64,000 bases of DNA from NCBI RefSeq assembly GCF_009914755.1, contig NC_060933.1; one strand, 5' to 3'. Source of the DNA: the human T2T-CHM13v2.0 reference genome, Homo sapiens. A program made the translations under genes and the position numbers. Of the stretch, positions 14,591 to 30,337 are shown one piece after another. The stretch's first letter is position 1. The number at the start of each line of letters is the position of its first letter. The notes beneath the pieces are model-generated. The model did no database searches. It worked only from the letters and a program-made list of their open reading frames with translations, and had not been told where the DNA came from.

Positions 14591-15710
14591 CTGCATAAAA
14601 GTCAAGTTACGCTTGCAGAAAACTTTCCTAACTACTAAAATAAATAAAAATCAAAAGCTTATAGCTGTATTGCCTACAGGGGAGACCAAATACTATGCCC
14701 ACACCTTTGAAAAGGTTAATTCATCAGAGCTATATGGAGTTTTAACATTTTTCATTCTAACTATAACATTCTGCTCATCAGGTAATTTTAAAAGACCGCT
14801 GCTGGTATGAATATTTTCATTCTAGACAATAAAAATAAAATAAATAACATAGAAATTACTTTATACAATAATAAAAGTTATATGTAAATCCCCAAATATC
14901 TCTTCAGTTTTAGGCAATTTCAGGGTTCTTCCAATTTGTTGATGGCTATTAAGTCTTCAGACTATTTATTAGATGTGCATCATGCATGGTACTGAACTAT
15001 ACACTATTCAAAAATGTACCTAAACCAAATATCACTATGCCTTTGAGGAGTTCTATTCTCTGGTCGTAGAATAATGTTCCACAAGCAGAGACAAAAGGGG
15101 GAAAGAGGGAAGAAGGAAAAAGAAAGGAGACCAGAGAGGCTGATGATTTTCGGAACACAAGCAATGAAGAAGTTTGGCGCATTTCAAAAGACAAAGCTCC
15201 CAAGTATATGCTTTTGGGTGTTTTATTAGTCATCTTAGGTTCCTATTTTTATCGTGAGGTAGATGAAAAGGGAATGGATGAAGGCGTCAGAAAAAAAAAA
15301 AGGATGTCAGGTGAAACAGGGTAAAAAGTTAACAAAAGGCAATGAGCTCACTGTATCCTTTAAGATTCTGACACTCATTTATGCAAACGTCAAGTGAAAA
15401 CTGAGTCAGCCCTTCAGAGAAAAATGGCAATGGAGACACCAACAATTATGGATAGTGTTTACTATGCCCAAACATTTGGACTTTATTTAATTATATATGC
15501 ATTTGAGTTTATGAACACAATCAGCCACAGTCTTTTTTTTTAACTGTGTATTCCAAAAGATCCCTTAACTAACCATTTGAATAATCACAGCAATTATCAC
15601 TGTGCCCTATACTCATTAGGAACTCAATGGTGGCTACATTTTTTTCTTTAATTTACTGCAAATCCTAGCAGTCTACTCTGAGGATCCACCTATATTTTCT
15701 TAATAGTACA

Positions 15711-16112
15711 TGCTATGGTTTAATGTTTGTGTCCCTCCAAAATTCATATGTTGAAACCTAACCCCCAAAGTGATGGCGTGGGGCCTTTGGAAGGTGATTA
15801 GGTCATGAGGGTTCCACCCTTGTAAATGGGATTAGTACCCTAACAAAAAAGCTTGAGGGAGTCTCTTTGCCCTTTTTCCTTCTTCTTTTTTTTTTCTTTC
15901 CCCTCTTTCCACTATTTTCTGCTTCCTTCTACCACGTGAGGACACAAAGAAGGCACCATCTATGAGGAATGGGCCCTCACCAGACACTCAATCTGCTGCC
16001 ACTTTACTCTTGGACCTTGCGGCCTACAAAGCAGTGAGGAAATAAATTTCCATTGTTTATAAATTACCCAGTCTAATGGATTTTGTTACGGCAGCCCAAA
16101 TGGACTAAGACA
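15711..16112 (+). mobile_element. MaLR solo LTR (MSTD/MSTB-like)
   Basis: tgctatggttt...gcagcccaaatggactaagaca; TSD-like gtaca/gtata. Confidence 0.85.
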
Positions 16113-16124
16113 GTATATTAATTT

Positions 16125-16700
16125 CACACATTCATTTTTTCAACACATATATACTGAGCACCTACTATGTGACAAGCATGGTGCATAGGTGCCAAGTACA
16201 CCATGACAAGCAAAGTAGATCAGACCCATCGTTATAGAACTTGGAGCTCAAAAAAACAGATGATCAAAAAACAAGTAACAATTAACTGCAAAATGAGAAA
16301 TGGAGTGATAGAAACAAACAAGATGCCAAGACAGAGAAATGGGGGAAGACTAACTGTTTTGGTGGAGTCACTGAGAAAGTGGGAGGACACGCCAGCTGAG
16401 AGTGGAGGATGGCCAGCAAAAAGCCCTCAAAAGAGTGAGGGCAAACACGCTCCAATCCGGAGCAGCACAGGGTTTACTCTCACAAAAAACTGTATAAGGC
16501 TTGTGGCTGGAGGGTCATGCATGAGGGCAAGAGTTGCCCTCGATGAGGCAGAAGCAGTATGTGGGAGCCCAACCACCTCAAACCTTATGAACAAAGGTAG
16601 ATTGGGTCTTCAGCTTTAGACAGGAAAACTCATGGATGGATTTTAAGCAAGCAGTGACATCATCCCATTTAATTTCTAAAAGGATCACTCTTGTCCTGAT
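16125..16700 (-). mobile_element. L2 fragment (continues ~17870-18200)
   Basis: cattcatt...actgagcacctactatgtg...ggatcactct. Confidence 0.65.
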
Positions 16701-16709
16701 TCACACAAA

Positions 16710-17158
16710 CATACTGTTAAAAAAATAAATGAGACAGTCGGAGAAATTTGAGCACTGACCAGTTACTGGACGGATATTATTATGTTTTAGGTGTGACAAC
16801 AGTCTTGTGATTTTTTAAAAAGCGACCTTTGCAAGCTAAATACAGATAAAATGATGTCATATAAAGCATACAGATTAAACTATAGCTCTATATCAATGTT
16901 AATTTCCTGATCTTGGTATCTGAATGGTAATTATGAAAGAGACTGTCTTTGTTTTGAAGAAATATATTTTAATATATTTAGAGGTAGAAATAAATTATCA
17001 TGTCTAGGATTTGATTCCAAATAATCTGGGGATAGGATATGGATGAAATAAGATTGGCCTTGAGTTGACAACTATAGAAGCTAAGTGATTAGTATATAAG
17101 GTTTGGTTTACTATCCTCTTTACTTTCTGTAGATGTTCAAAATTGGTCATATTAAAAA
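16710..17158 (+). mobile_element. L1MC/ME 3' fragments
   Basis: atatcaatgttaatttcctga; aagattggccttgagttga. Confidence 0.6.
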
Positions 17159-17448
17159 TTTTTTTTTTGAGACAGGGTCTTACTCTATCACCCAGGCTGG
17201 AGTGCAGTGGCACCATCACAGCTCAACACAGCCTCGACTTCCGCGGCTCAAATGATCCTCTCATCTCAGCCTCCCAAGTAGCTGGAACTACAGATGTGTC
17301 ACCACACCTGGCTAATTTTTTGTATTTTTTATAGAGAGGGGGTTTTGCCATGTTGGTCAGGCTGGTCTCAAACTCCTGGGCTCAAGCAATCCACCCGTTT
17401 TGGCCTCCCAAAGTGCTGGGATTACAGGCATGAGCCACCGTGCCTGAC
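17159..17448 (-). mobile_element. AluJ
   Basis: Antisense Alu with J diagnostics (ctcaagcaatcc, ctcaaatgatcc). Confidence 0.92.
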
Positions 17449-17479
17449 GCAAATTATCTTATTTTTAAAAATAATTTTA

Positions 17480-17778
17480 GGCCAGGCACGGTGGCTCACG
17501 CCTGTAATCCCAGCACTTTGGGAGTCCGAGGTGGGTGGATCATCTGAGATCGGGAGTTCGAGACCAGCCTGACTAACATGGAGAAACCCCGTCTCTACTA
17601 AAAATACAAAATTAGCCGGGCACGGTGGCGGGCGCCTGTAATCCCAGCTACTCAGGAAGGCTGAGGCAGGAGAATCGCTTGAACCCAGGAGGCAGAGGTT
17701 GCGGTGAGCCGAGTTCGTACCACTGCACTCCAGCCTGGGCAATAAGAGCAAAACTCCATCTCAAAAAAAATAAAATAA
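17480..17778 (+). mobile_element. AluSp
   Basis: gagatcgggagttc, catggagaaacc. Confidence 0.95.
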
Positions 17779-19104
17779 GATAACTTGGGCTGCTGTATGG
17801 AGAGTAAGTGGGGTGCAGTTGGAAAAGTAGAGGGAGAGAACAAAAGAAGCGGGAACACACATTAACCATTAGCCAGCTCTTAAAGTAGTCCAAGCAAAAT
17901 CTTATAGTCACTTAAGCTAATGTAATAGAGCGGAGAGAGAGGAAAGTGAACGGATGGGAAATATATATTGGAGGTAGAAATCATCAGACTTGGTAATGTG
18001 GAAATTAAAAGAAAAGAAAGGAATCAAAGATGTCTCCCAAGCTTCTGACTTGAACAAATGGGTGGATGGTGGGTGGAGACATTTACAGAAAAGGCAAAGT
18101 TTTCAGATAAACAAAGGAGGTGGATACCAAGAGTTCAGTTTGGGACATAAAAATTAATGTGTTTGTGAAACATCCTAGTGAGTGATAAAAGAAGCAATGA
18201 TTGGACCTCTTTCCCATTACAACTACCAAAATAGCCCAAGACAGCAGCAGGGAGCAGCAGCCATGTCAAGAAGGTTACTTATGGAGGAGGCAAGGAACTC
18301 AGTGTAAGAGCAAAGTCCTGGCTTTCAGACACAAGCTGAGCATTGCTACCAGGGCTGAGAAAGTCAGAGAGGACACTGAGCCTGCAGAAAGGCAACCACA
18401 GTCACAAAGATCCTGCTCATAGGGGTTCACTGGTCATTCACTTTGCACCAGCAACACCCCAACCACGACTCAGTCTTCCATCTCTGCTGGGACCTCCTTG
18501 GTAAGATGAGATAATTGCACCAAAGTGTTGCTAAGGAGCTTTCCTTCAGAGGCTTTCCTTCAAGTGATGAAATCTTGTCACTCCTCATAGTGAAAAGCAG
18601 CATTTATAGGATCTATATCTTAAAACGTGTACTACACACATTCTCCTTCCCCCTGTGAATTTATATGAAGAACTTCACAGTGGCAGGTCTAAACACAACA
18701 GCAGACCATTAGAGTAGATCTAACAGGACAAAAGAAAATACAAAGAGAAGCAAGCCCAGTGGTAACAGAAACAAGGAAAAAACACCAGGAATGCTGTTTA
18801 CCTTGAGCTTTTTAAAGAACTTTTATTTCCATTTACTATATACCATTGACTCTATGACACACAAATTTTCATCATGGAATATCCCTAACCCCAAGATACA
18901 TCTTAAAATTGACAGCAACTTTGACTGCCCTAAATCAAAGTTATGTTCTTAGGGAGAGGATCTGCATTTGCTTCTGCCAATTACCTGAGGACACCACCAA
19001 CCTGATCCACTTAAAGTTAAATAACCTGCTTGAAGTTGTTGGGGGTTACACCATTTATATGTATTCAGACTCCAAACCAGCTTACAATTCAAATTCTAAA
19101 GGGC

Positions 19105-19825
19105 ATTAAAAAGTTAAACATAGGTTCACCATGCAACTTACCAATTCCACTTCTGTGTCTGTATGGCAGATAATTTAAAACATGTTCATACAAAGACTGT
19201 ACACAATTGTTTATAGCAGCATTATTCACAATAGCCAAAAACTGGAAAAGACTCAAATGCCCATCAACTGATGAACAGATAAATAAAATGTGATATATTC
19301 ATATAAATGAATATTATTCAGCCATAAAAAGGAATGAAGTGCAGATGGTCCCCAACTTAGGATGGTTCAACTTGCAATTTTCCAACATTATGATGGGTTT
19401 GTCAGGGTATCCAATGCATTTTCACTTACTATATTTTTTATTTATGATGAAGTTATCAGGAGGTAACCCCATCATGAGTCAAGGAGCATCTATCTGTACT
19501 ACACATTCTATGACATGTGTAGACACAAAATAATACATATTAGATTATTCCATTTATATAAAATATCTACAAAAATTAAATTAGTGGTTGCCCCAGCCGA
19601 GGGTGACAGAAATTAGATTAGTGGATGCCCCAGCTAAGAGTGGGAATAGATAATGACTATAAAAAGGCACAGATTTCTTTTTCAGACGATAAAAATGTTT
19701 TGAAGTTAGATTGTGGTGATGGCTCTATAATTCTGTAAATACATTAAAATGCATTAAATTGTATAATTAAAATAGGAATATATATGAGATATAAATTAAT
19801 ATTGCAATAGAGCTGTTTAAAAAAA
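19105..19825 (+). mobile_element. L1MB/ME 3' region, interrupted by a Tigger MITE
   Basis: gcagcattattcacaatagccaaaaactgg...gccataaaaaggaatgaagt...gattgtggtgatgg. Confidence 0.8.
19342..19496 (-). mobile_element. Tigger5/MER47-family MITE
   Basis: Terminal inverted repeats cagatggtcccc... / ...ggagcatct; reverse complement resembles MER47 (gatgctcctcgacttacgatggggttac). Confidence 0.7.
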
Positions 19826-20441
19826 TTCTCTGAGTGGAGAATCTCATTAGAGGGTTTTTTTTCCTTCCCTACCTAATACCAAGATTGAAATATACACATT
19901 TCCTTACTGTGCCTTCCTGCAAGATGATTTTATTTTTCCTTTCCTTTATGCAAGGTCTCCTACAAAATTCCTCATTGTGTTTTTTTTTTTTTCCTTCCTT
20001 AGGAATATATAAGATAACAATATGAATGGCATCTTAGATCCAATAAAATCACTGTCGACTTGGTTAAGAAAATCAAATTAAGAGAGGACAAAACTCCCTT
20101 TCCAGACTTGAGTAACATTTATATTACCTACAGGGGAAAATTGGGGCCAAAAAAAACAGCAGAGAAAAATGAAAACAAATCTAACTCTCCCTGTAGTTAC
20201 TATTTATAACTTAACCACTCTGAAGAAAAATATCAGATGTTTTCCAACTATCATTCACCGATATTCACCCTTAATTAAAACAGGCAAAACTATTGTATCA
20301 CCAACTGATCTAACCTAATGAGGGGAAAAAAAAAATGGCCCTAAAAGCCTTACTTCACTCTCATCTACAATTTATGGTTCGAAAGAGAAGGTGTGGAGAA
20401 GGAAAAAGTTTGTGAGAAATGTTATAAAACAAAATATTTTT

Positions 20442-20480
20442 ATACTACACTTGATCTTAGACAAAAGGCCAAGAAGCGAT
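20442..20480 (-). pseudogene. U2 snRNA 5' fragment (nt 1-39), tailless retropseudogene
   Basis: Reverse complement atcgcttcttggccttttgtctaagatcaagtgtagtat matches the U2 5' end with 2 mismatches; TSD caaaatattttt at 20430-20441 and 20481-20492. Confidence 0.92.
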
Positions 20481-20898
20481 CAAAATATTTTTATTTCTAT
20501 TGTAAGCTTCTAATTACCTGGCTAAAAAAATCTGCCTATTTCACCTTCTACAGGTAAGTACAAATTCAGAGCAGTTCTTGAAAATAGACACATACATCCC
20601 CACTGTATTCACACCACCTCAGGATTCCATTGAACACATATGAGTTTCTATGTAAGGATAAATTTGAAATTTCCGTAAGATGCTCTGGAATATGAAAGAC
20701 CACTGCTGAGAATATATTAAACCTGCATCTGTTCTAACAGTCTTTGAACATAAGTTTGATCTGTCTCCCCTGACTTCTCTAAACTACCATGAAAAGAAAA
20801 TCTTAATTAATCAGTGCCCAACCAGGACTCCCGGTTAGATTTTTGTCCCATTGCCCACAGTGGTTTTTATGAGAAAGAGGTTAATCAAAAATACCACC

Positions 20899-21194
20899 AG
20901 CCAGGTACAGTAGCTCATGTCTGTAATCCCAACACTATGGGAGGCAAAGGTGGGAGGATCACTTGAGTCCAGGAGTTCAAGACCAGCCTGGGTAACATAG
21001 GGAGACTGCATCTCTACAAAAAATAAAATTAGCCAGGCGTGATGGCACCTGCCTATAGTCCCAGCTACTTGGGAGGCTAGGTGGGAGGAGCACTTGAACC
21101 CAGGAGTTTGGGGCTGCAGTGAGTTGAGAACGCGCCACTACACTCTAGCCTGGGAGACAGAGTGAGATCCTATCAAAAAAAACAAAAACAAAAC
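20899..21194 (+). mobile_element. AluJ
   Basis: Alu consensus with J diagnostics. Confidence 0.92.
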
Positions 21195-21641
21195 ACCAAA
21201 TCACGATGACTGTAAGTGGTTAGTCCATTCTCCCCACTAGACAAGACCAGGAATCCTCCATGACCCAACTTCATTTGTGTCCAGGGCCCCACTGGTGTTT
21301 CAAACCCACTGCTCTGTGCTCTGGCCACTGTCCTCAGAACTGTTCACCCAGCATGTCCCCACCTCTGACCCTCTGCACTGCCTCTACCAACTGAAATGCC
21401 ACCCATCCCTCAAAACCCAAAGCAAATGCCAGCACCCCCATCTCCCAACCAAAAGATAGCTTTCTTTTGGAATTCCCAAAACACAATATTTACTCTTCAC
21501 ATGCCATATCACAGTTAATTATCAACAGATTTATTATACCCACCACTACATTGTCAGAGATGGCAACTGGGCACTAACACTGAGAAAAGGGACACTCCGT
21601 CATCAGAGCACTAGAAGTGCAAACCAGCATGGAACTGTTAA

Positions 21642-22099
<458 letters not shown>

Positions 22100-22759
22100 T
22101 ATTTTAATTTTTAAAAAGAACATGGTCAATGTACTACTAACATTTTTGTACATCTCTAATTTTTCCTCCAGTTCTAAATGGTGGAGATTTTTGTATGACC
22201 TACCAGTTTTATTTTAACAGTTTTATTTTATTTTATTTTGTGTTATTTTAACTATTTTGAGAAACTGCCAGAAAAACTAGCAATTTCTCAAAATAGTTAA
22301 AATAACACAATCGTTACCACAAAGATCCAGAGGTAGGAAAAATCTGTGTTGAGAGTGGTAAATTCATTAGGCAGAAAAAGAAAAATAAGAAACTATTTGC
22401 TTTGTGGAAACAATTTAAGGCCTCCTTCATCTGTTAGTGTGAATCCTTTCATTAGGCATTCAAGAGAAAATACTCACTGGAAGAAATTAATCATCAGGTT
22501 GGCAAGAGCACTGCATCTTGATACAGAGATTGAAGCACTTGCTCTCTGCACCAGAAACATAAGATCAAAATATATGGTTCAGTAAGTGTAAGGAAAAAGA
22601 ACTCTACTAAGTTTTGCAGAATTCACAAAGGGAATGTTATAGTATCACCAATTTAAGAGGAAATGTGAGAAATATTGACAAACCCTGAAATTAGGACAAA
22701 CAAAAAGTTCACATAAAAACAACTGAAGAAATTTTTTACAATTAACATGTATTTATAAT

Positions 22760-22945
22760 CAGAGGCCTCTGACTTGGACTAGAAGTCCATTACTTCTCCT
22801 GTGTCTCCAGCTTGCCAACTGCAGAACTGGGGACTTCTCAGCCTCCATAATCACATGAGTCAATTCCTTACAGCAAATCTCTTCATATATAGACATTTTA
22901 TGTCTCCTATTGGTTCTATTTGTCTGGAGAACCCACACTCTTACA
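22760..22945 (+). mobile_element. MLT2 LTR 3' fragment
   Basis: ggacttctcagcctccataatcacatgag...cctattggttct...ctggagaaccc. Confidence 0.75.
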
Positions 22946-22964
22946 AGGGAGAGCAGAAAAGTAC

Positions 22965-23140
22965 CGATGTTCACTGAGCACTTACTATGTGTTTTACTCC
23001 CATTATCACATTTAACTTAAATTTCATTTAATCCTCTCAATAAATCTATGAGAGGAGAAAACAAGCTCAGAGAAACTGCCCAGGCCTCCCAGCCAGTAAA
23101 TGGCAAACTGGGACTACAGTTCAAGTCTGACTGTCAAGTG
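22965..23140 (-). mobile_element. MIR
   Basis: actgagcacttactatgtg...catttaatcctc...gaaaacaagctcagaga. Confidence 0.7.
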
Positions 23141-23899
23141 TGGTCAGTCCCGTCTCCCCAGGAAGATACATGTAGTTGTGTGCATGAAGGCAAAATGAAA
23201 CCACACCGCTGTGCTTTGGAGTTTTATGGCTGTGTGTAATATTTTCTTTGTTCTCTCACTGCCATTTTTTGTCATCACCAACAAGCTCTGCTTCGGAAAC
23301 AACCCCCCTTACAATACCTCTCAGAACGCTGTAAGGCAAAAGTACGCACAAGACCAAAAGGCAAAGTTTATTAAAATCAGATCAAAATCAACTGCAGACT
23401 CTGAATGGAGGCCTCTGCTACAAGATTCTTCGTGTATGGACTCCAGCACCTAATCTGGCTACCCCTTCTGATTTTGGGCTCTATCTCTCTCTATTAGGAG
23501 AAGGGTTCCTATAATGTGTTGCTATAACCAAGGTGAGAGGAGTGGAACAATTCAGCAACATTGAAAAGGACACACAAACGTTTAAGCGACAGTCTAAAGG
23601 ACACGAGAAATAATGCACACCAGAAACCTAAAAGAGCAAGATACATTCTAAAATGGGGAAACCTTTGGATTTGTTAAACTGAGCAGGACAGGGAAGTTAA
23701 AATTAGACAAGAGGAAGAAACTGCTGGCAGATAAATACAGCCACAGAGAAGTTCTGGAGGCAATGAAGGGAGAATGCGTGGTCATTAGAAACTGAGGCAG
23801 TGTTAAGGAGCTGCAGTCTTCAGGATGAGAAAAACTATAACAGAGTTGACAGTAGAATAAAAGACACCAAGACAATGCTTCTCGAATTCCCCACTTTAA

Positions 23900-24510
<611 letters not shown>

Positions 24511-25329
24511 AAAAAGTACACAAAGGGGTTTCTGATAGTCACGAATCAAAAGCATCTCCATCACAGGAGTCATTTTGGATGATGTTCTGAGAACCAGACA
24601 ATGCTAATATTAAACCATCTAACTCGGTTGAACAAAAGAGTTGTTTTTGTGCAAACACAGGCATCTAGATCAAAGGAACTGAATGGAAAGCCCCCAAACA
24701 GTGTGTTATTATTTTAATGAACTTATTTGACAAAGGAGGTATCAAATATAAATTGTTTCCCTCATGGACCTAACAAATGGTGCTGGAATAGTGGGCTAGC
24801 AATTTTAGGGCTGGTGTGAGATAGGAATCTAAATTAACTTCAGCTGGGTTGAATTTAGGGCTTTTGTTTATTTCTGTGGTTTGATTTTTTTAAAAACTAA
24901 TAGATGTTAAAAAAACTGCTTGCAATGCCTTCCTGAGGTCCCAAAGGTAAAGCCACTACCAGCCTACTGAAGCCAGTGGGAGCTCAGAGAAGCACAAGCA
25001 TCAATGTGCACTGCTCAGGGGTCACACTGCTCCCACTGGTCAGTGAGACCCGTCCTCCTCTGTGAGGTCTGCACCCCTCTCTGTTGTGTGTGGCATGCTA
25101 GCTCCCGCTGGGAAAAGCAGTGTCTCCTCTGGTGAACTCCAATCACCAGCCCCAAGGCCTGATCCTTTTCCATCCCCTGGACTGTGATCACCTACTATAG
25201 CCCAAGCTCAATTCCTGCCAACACCAAGGGAGGAGCAGGGTTGAATAATTATAAGATTTCTGAATGGCGATCACTTGCCCACCATAGAAGTGATTTCTTA
25301 AAAATCACATAAACAGATTATCTTCCAAA

Positions 25330-25930
25330 GAGTACTGTATAAAAAGGGAGGAGGGGAAAAAGGGCAACTTCACAGTGGAAAAACCTGACAAACACTACCC
25401 ATGCCATGTGACCAAGTTCAACATCGGTAGTGCTAAGTCACATTGATATCGTGGATCTTTGCTATGATGTGATAAGAATGGCCCTTTCCATCTGGGGTCT
25501 TCTTCCCAAAAACACATGACCACAGTCAAATCATGAGGGGGGAAAAACAGACCAATCTCAATTAAGGGCCATTCTACAAAATAACTGACAGTACTCCTCA
25601 AAACTGTCAAGGTCACCGAAAACGAGAGTCTGAGAGACTGTCACAGCCAAGAGGAGCCTAAGGGGACATGACGACTAAATGTAAAGTGGTATCTTGGGTG
25701 GGATGCTGAGGCAGAAAAAGGACACTAGGTACAAACTAAATAAATCTGGATAACTTATGGACTGTAGTTAACAATAATATATCCATATTGATCATTAATT
25801 GTGAGAAATGTACCATGCTAACTTAAGAAATTAATAATAGAGAAAACCTGGGTGGGGTACACAGGAATACTCTGTACTACCTCCTCAATAATTCTGTAAG
25901 TCTGAAACTGCTCCTAATTAATAGGTTAAT
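25330..25930 (+). mobile_element. L1MC/MD 3' end
   Basis: acagtggaaaaacctgacaaacactacc...gtactcctcaaaactgtcaaggtca. Confidence 0.8.
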
Positions 25931-26324
25931 CCCAATCACAATTAAGTTTTTTTTTTAAAAAATCATATAAACATGAAACTTTTGGACAAAATAAAAATGT
26001 ATAATACTAAAATAAAGAAAAATTGCAGTCTGGAGGAAATATCTATAGCAAATATGACAAAAGATTAGGGTATATATAATTTAAAGTCCATAAGTATGTT
26101 AAGAGAAACATTCTGAAAAAAGCTAAGAGACAAAAGAAAATTAGAAGTCATACAAAAGATGCAATGTATTTTTAAAATAATTTTTAAAAATACTAAAGTA
26201 GGTATCATTTAAGTTGCAAAACTGTTTTTGAAATAATACCCAGTGATGATAATGTGACAGTTTAAACCACTTTGCTTACATAGTATTGGTAGCCAAGTAA
26301 ATTGATAATACTCCTGTGGAAGTA

Positions 26325-27006
<682 letters not shown>

Positions 27007-28379
27007 GGAAGGCAATTAGAGATATACAAAGAACAATAAACATATTCATCCCTTTTAATTCAGTAATCCTACATTTGTTATGTTAACCTTTAGAAATAAT
27101 TCAAAATATAACAAAGCTATACACATGTAAAACTTAGTTCTACATTTCTAAGCCAGTGACAACCTAAATGTCTAACAATGGAGAAGCAGGTAAGTAAATT
27201 GTAATATTCCATTTGATCTAATATGATTTAGCAATTTAGAATTATTACAAAAACTATATAGGCTTACAGTGAATGCTTTTAATAAAACTAAGTGCAAACC
27301 AAACACAAAAATCTACAAAATGAGACTGACATAAATATGAACAACTATTAAAAGAGTTAGCTATAAACAAATACTTTGTTGAGAAATATTTTATTTTGTT
27401 ACAAGAAATAATACTCAGAAATGTATCTGAAAGTATTAGATAGATCCTTTCTTAAATATAATCACATCCTCTTTAATTATAGAAAAGTGACTTTTTTTTT
27501 CTGAAAATAGCCATTGCCGTACTCTCCAAAAAATGAGAATGAAATATTTACTTTTTATGTAAGACAACCATCAATTTTTCCTTACTACATACTTTTTATT
27601 ATGTTATTACTTACATTGAGATGGTTTCCAAGGCATCTTCGAAAACGTCCTGGGGGAAATAAAAAATACAATGAGTTTCTCAACAATTCTCAATGGGTTT
27701 CTCAAGAATTCTAAAAGAGAAAATGAATACACGCATTGGGGAGAGTGGTCCTGGCAGGAAGGTATAGCAGGCAGTAGAATCAATCAACTTAACGCTTATG
27801 GAATTCTGTTTACAGAAATCAAGCAGATGCATTTCAGTGACGTTTAATTTTTTTTTTAATAAGGCTGGTAAAATACTCAGCAAGTGATCAAACTGGCCTA
27901 ATTTAAAGAGACTATGACGTCTTTTATGAAGTTACCTTTCACTCCTAAATCTCATTCTTCCCAACTATAGAGTAAAATAAATAAGAGGACTTGCCCGATG
28001 TAGTCTTTTCTTTCTCCATGGCTAGCCAAGTGAGCATCCTCTGGGCCTTCATTTCACATATTGCACCACCCTCTCAGCTCGTCTCCCTGCCACCAGCCTT
28101 TCCCCCAGTTTACTCTGTGCCACACAGGATAGCCCTTTGCTTCATGCCACTGGCCTGATCACAGCTGCAACAGGAGAGAAACGCACACAGTCATATGCAC
28201 TCAGAAGACCACACACACACTCCACACTCAGACACAGTGACTCACACACAATCTCACAGTCACACATACAAATACACATGCACTCACTCAAAAACTCACA
28301 CATTCACAACAGCTCCCTCACAGCTGCAAAAACCAAACCTAAGCTCCTCATCCAGGTATCCGGGGTCCACCACAACCCA

Positions 28380-29090
28380 GCTTAATCTTCCAAGCATCCT
28401 TCTCTGACATCCCTACCACTCTTACCATAGCCCAAGCCACGAGACCTCCAAAGGGCCACCTCACTGGTCTCCCTACTCCTGTGCTTGACACCCTCCATTC
28501 AATTCTTCACATGACAACAATATCATTCTTTTACTTCATGTTTTTGAATAAGCATACACCATTCCAGTTTTCTAGACCTCTTCAAGAGCTTTCCATTGCA
28601 TTTAGAAAAATCCCAAACTCATTCTCCCTATCTACAGAGCCCTAAAACAGCCCCGCCAGCCTCTGACCACATCCCCTTACTCACTCGACTCCAGCCACAG
28701 GTCTTTCTTTCCGTTCCTTGGACAAGTCAAACATCCCACAGCTCTCTGCACTGTCCCCTTTCTTATAATGTCCTTTGCTCAATTATTCCCATGGCTGACT
28801 CATTCTCATCCTTTGATTTTCAGCTTAGAAAGCCACCTCCTCAAGAAGAACATCTCTGATCACCCTAATTAAAATTACTAGGAATAGCAGCTTACATAAA
28901 GTTCCTCATCATTTCATTTGTTTCATTCATAGCACTTATCATAATCTCTAATGATCTTCCTTGTTTACTTGGTCACCCTCTGTCTCCATCAGAGCAGGCT
29001 CTTACATACACAGAAAAAACACCAGGGCTTCGCACCAGGGTTTGCTCAATAAATACTTGTTGCCTAATGAATGAATGAATGAATGAATGG
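28380..29090 (+). mobile_element. L2 ending in (GAAT)n
   Basis: cctcactggtctccct...gctcaataaatacttgttg...gaatgaatgaat. Confidence 0.7.
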
Positions 29091-29272
29091 AACCTGGACC
29101 GCCAAGGGACTTACCGTATCACACCTCATTTAGAGTTATGCACAGAAATGAGGAAAGGGGGCTAGGGATCTTTTCCCTTGTGTGGCCATTAATACTGAAC
29201 AAGGTTTAGACCATACTGGATTCTGCGGTGAGGCAGAAAAAACAAAAGTGTAAATACTAAAAAGAAGAACCT

Positions 29273-29886
<614 letters not shown>

Positions 29887-30112
29887 GTTGTAAACAGTGG
29901 CAGAACTGAGTTTGAGTTTGGGACCCTGACCTATTAATCTACATTAATATCATACTCCATAAGGGAGGTAAAATCAAGGGCCAGCACACAGGTTATCATG
30001 TGAGTAGTTACAGAGAAGGGAGGAAAACGTATTCTCCAGGAACCCAAATCTCACTATGATAAGCCCAGCTCATAGTCCCTCCGGCAGCTCTGCAGACTCC
30101 CTCTGCACTTAC

Positions 30113-30277
30113 CAACAATAGGGTACATGGACAGCCCACTCCTGGGAGCCTTCTGTGCCTTCTCCTCCTCCTCACAAACCTCAGCATGGACACTAAAATA
30201 CTTACTGAGTGAGCGACGCAAAGGATAACTTGGGAAGCCAACCCTCCGTGTAAAGAAGATAAGACTAATATTTTCAT
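30113..30277 (-). other. Candidate exon with two alternative donors (72 nt ending 30206; 165 nt ending 30113), begins with ATG
   Basis: Minus strand: cttcttgtttag|ATGAAAATA...CACTCA|gtaagt and ...TTGTTG|gtaagt. Confidence 0.55.
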
Positions 30278-30337
30278 CTAAACAAGAAGTATTCCCACCC
30301 CTCCATCAAAAAAAGAAAAAAAAAAAAAAGAATATCA

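Noticed and set aside
16203-16619. 138-aa ORF
   Set aside because: Lies within a degraded L2; no recognisable homology
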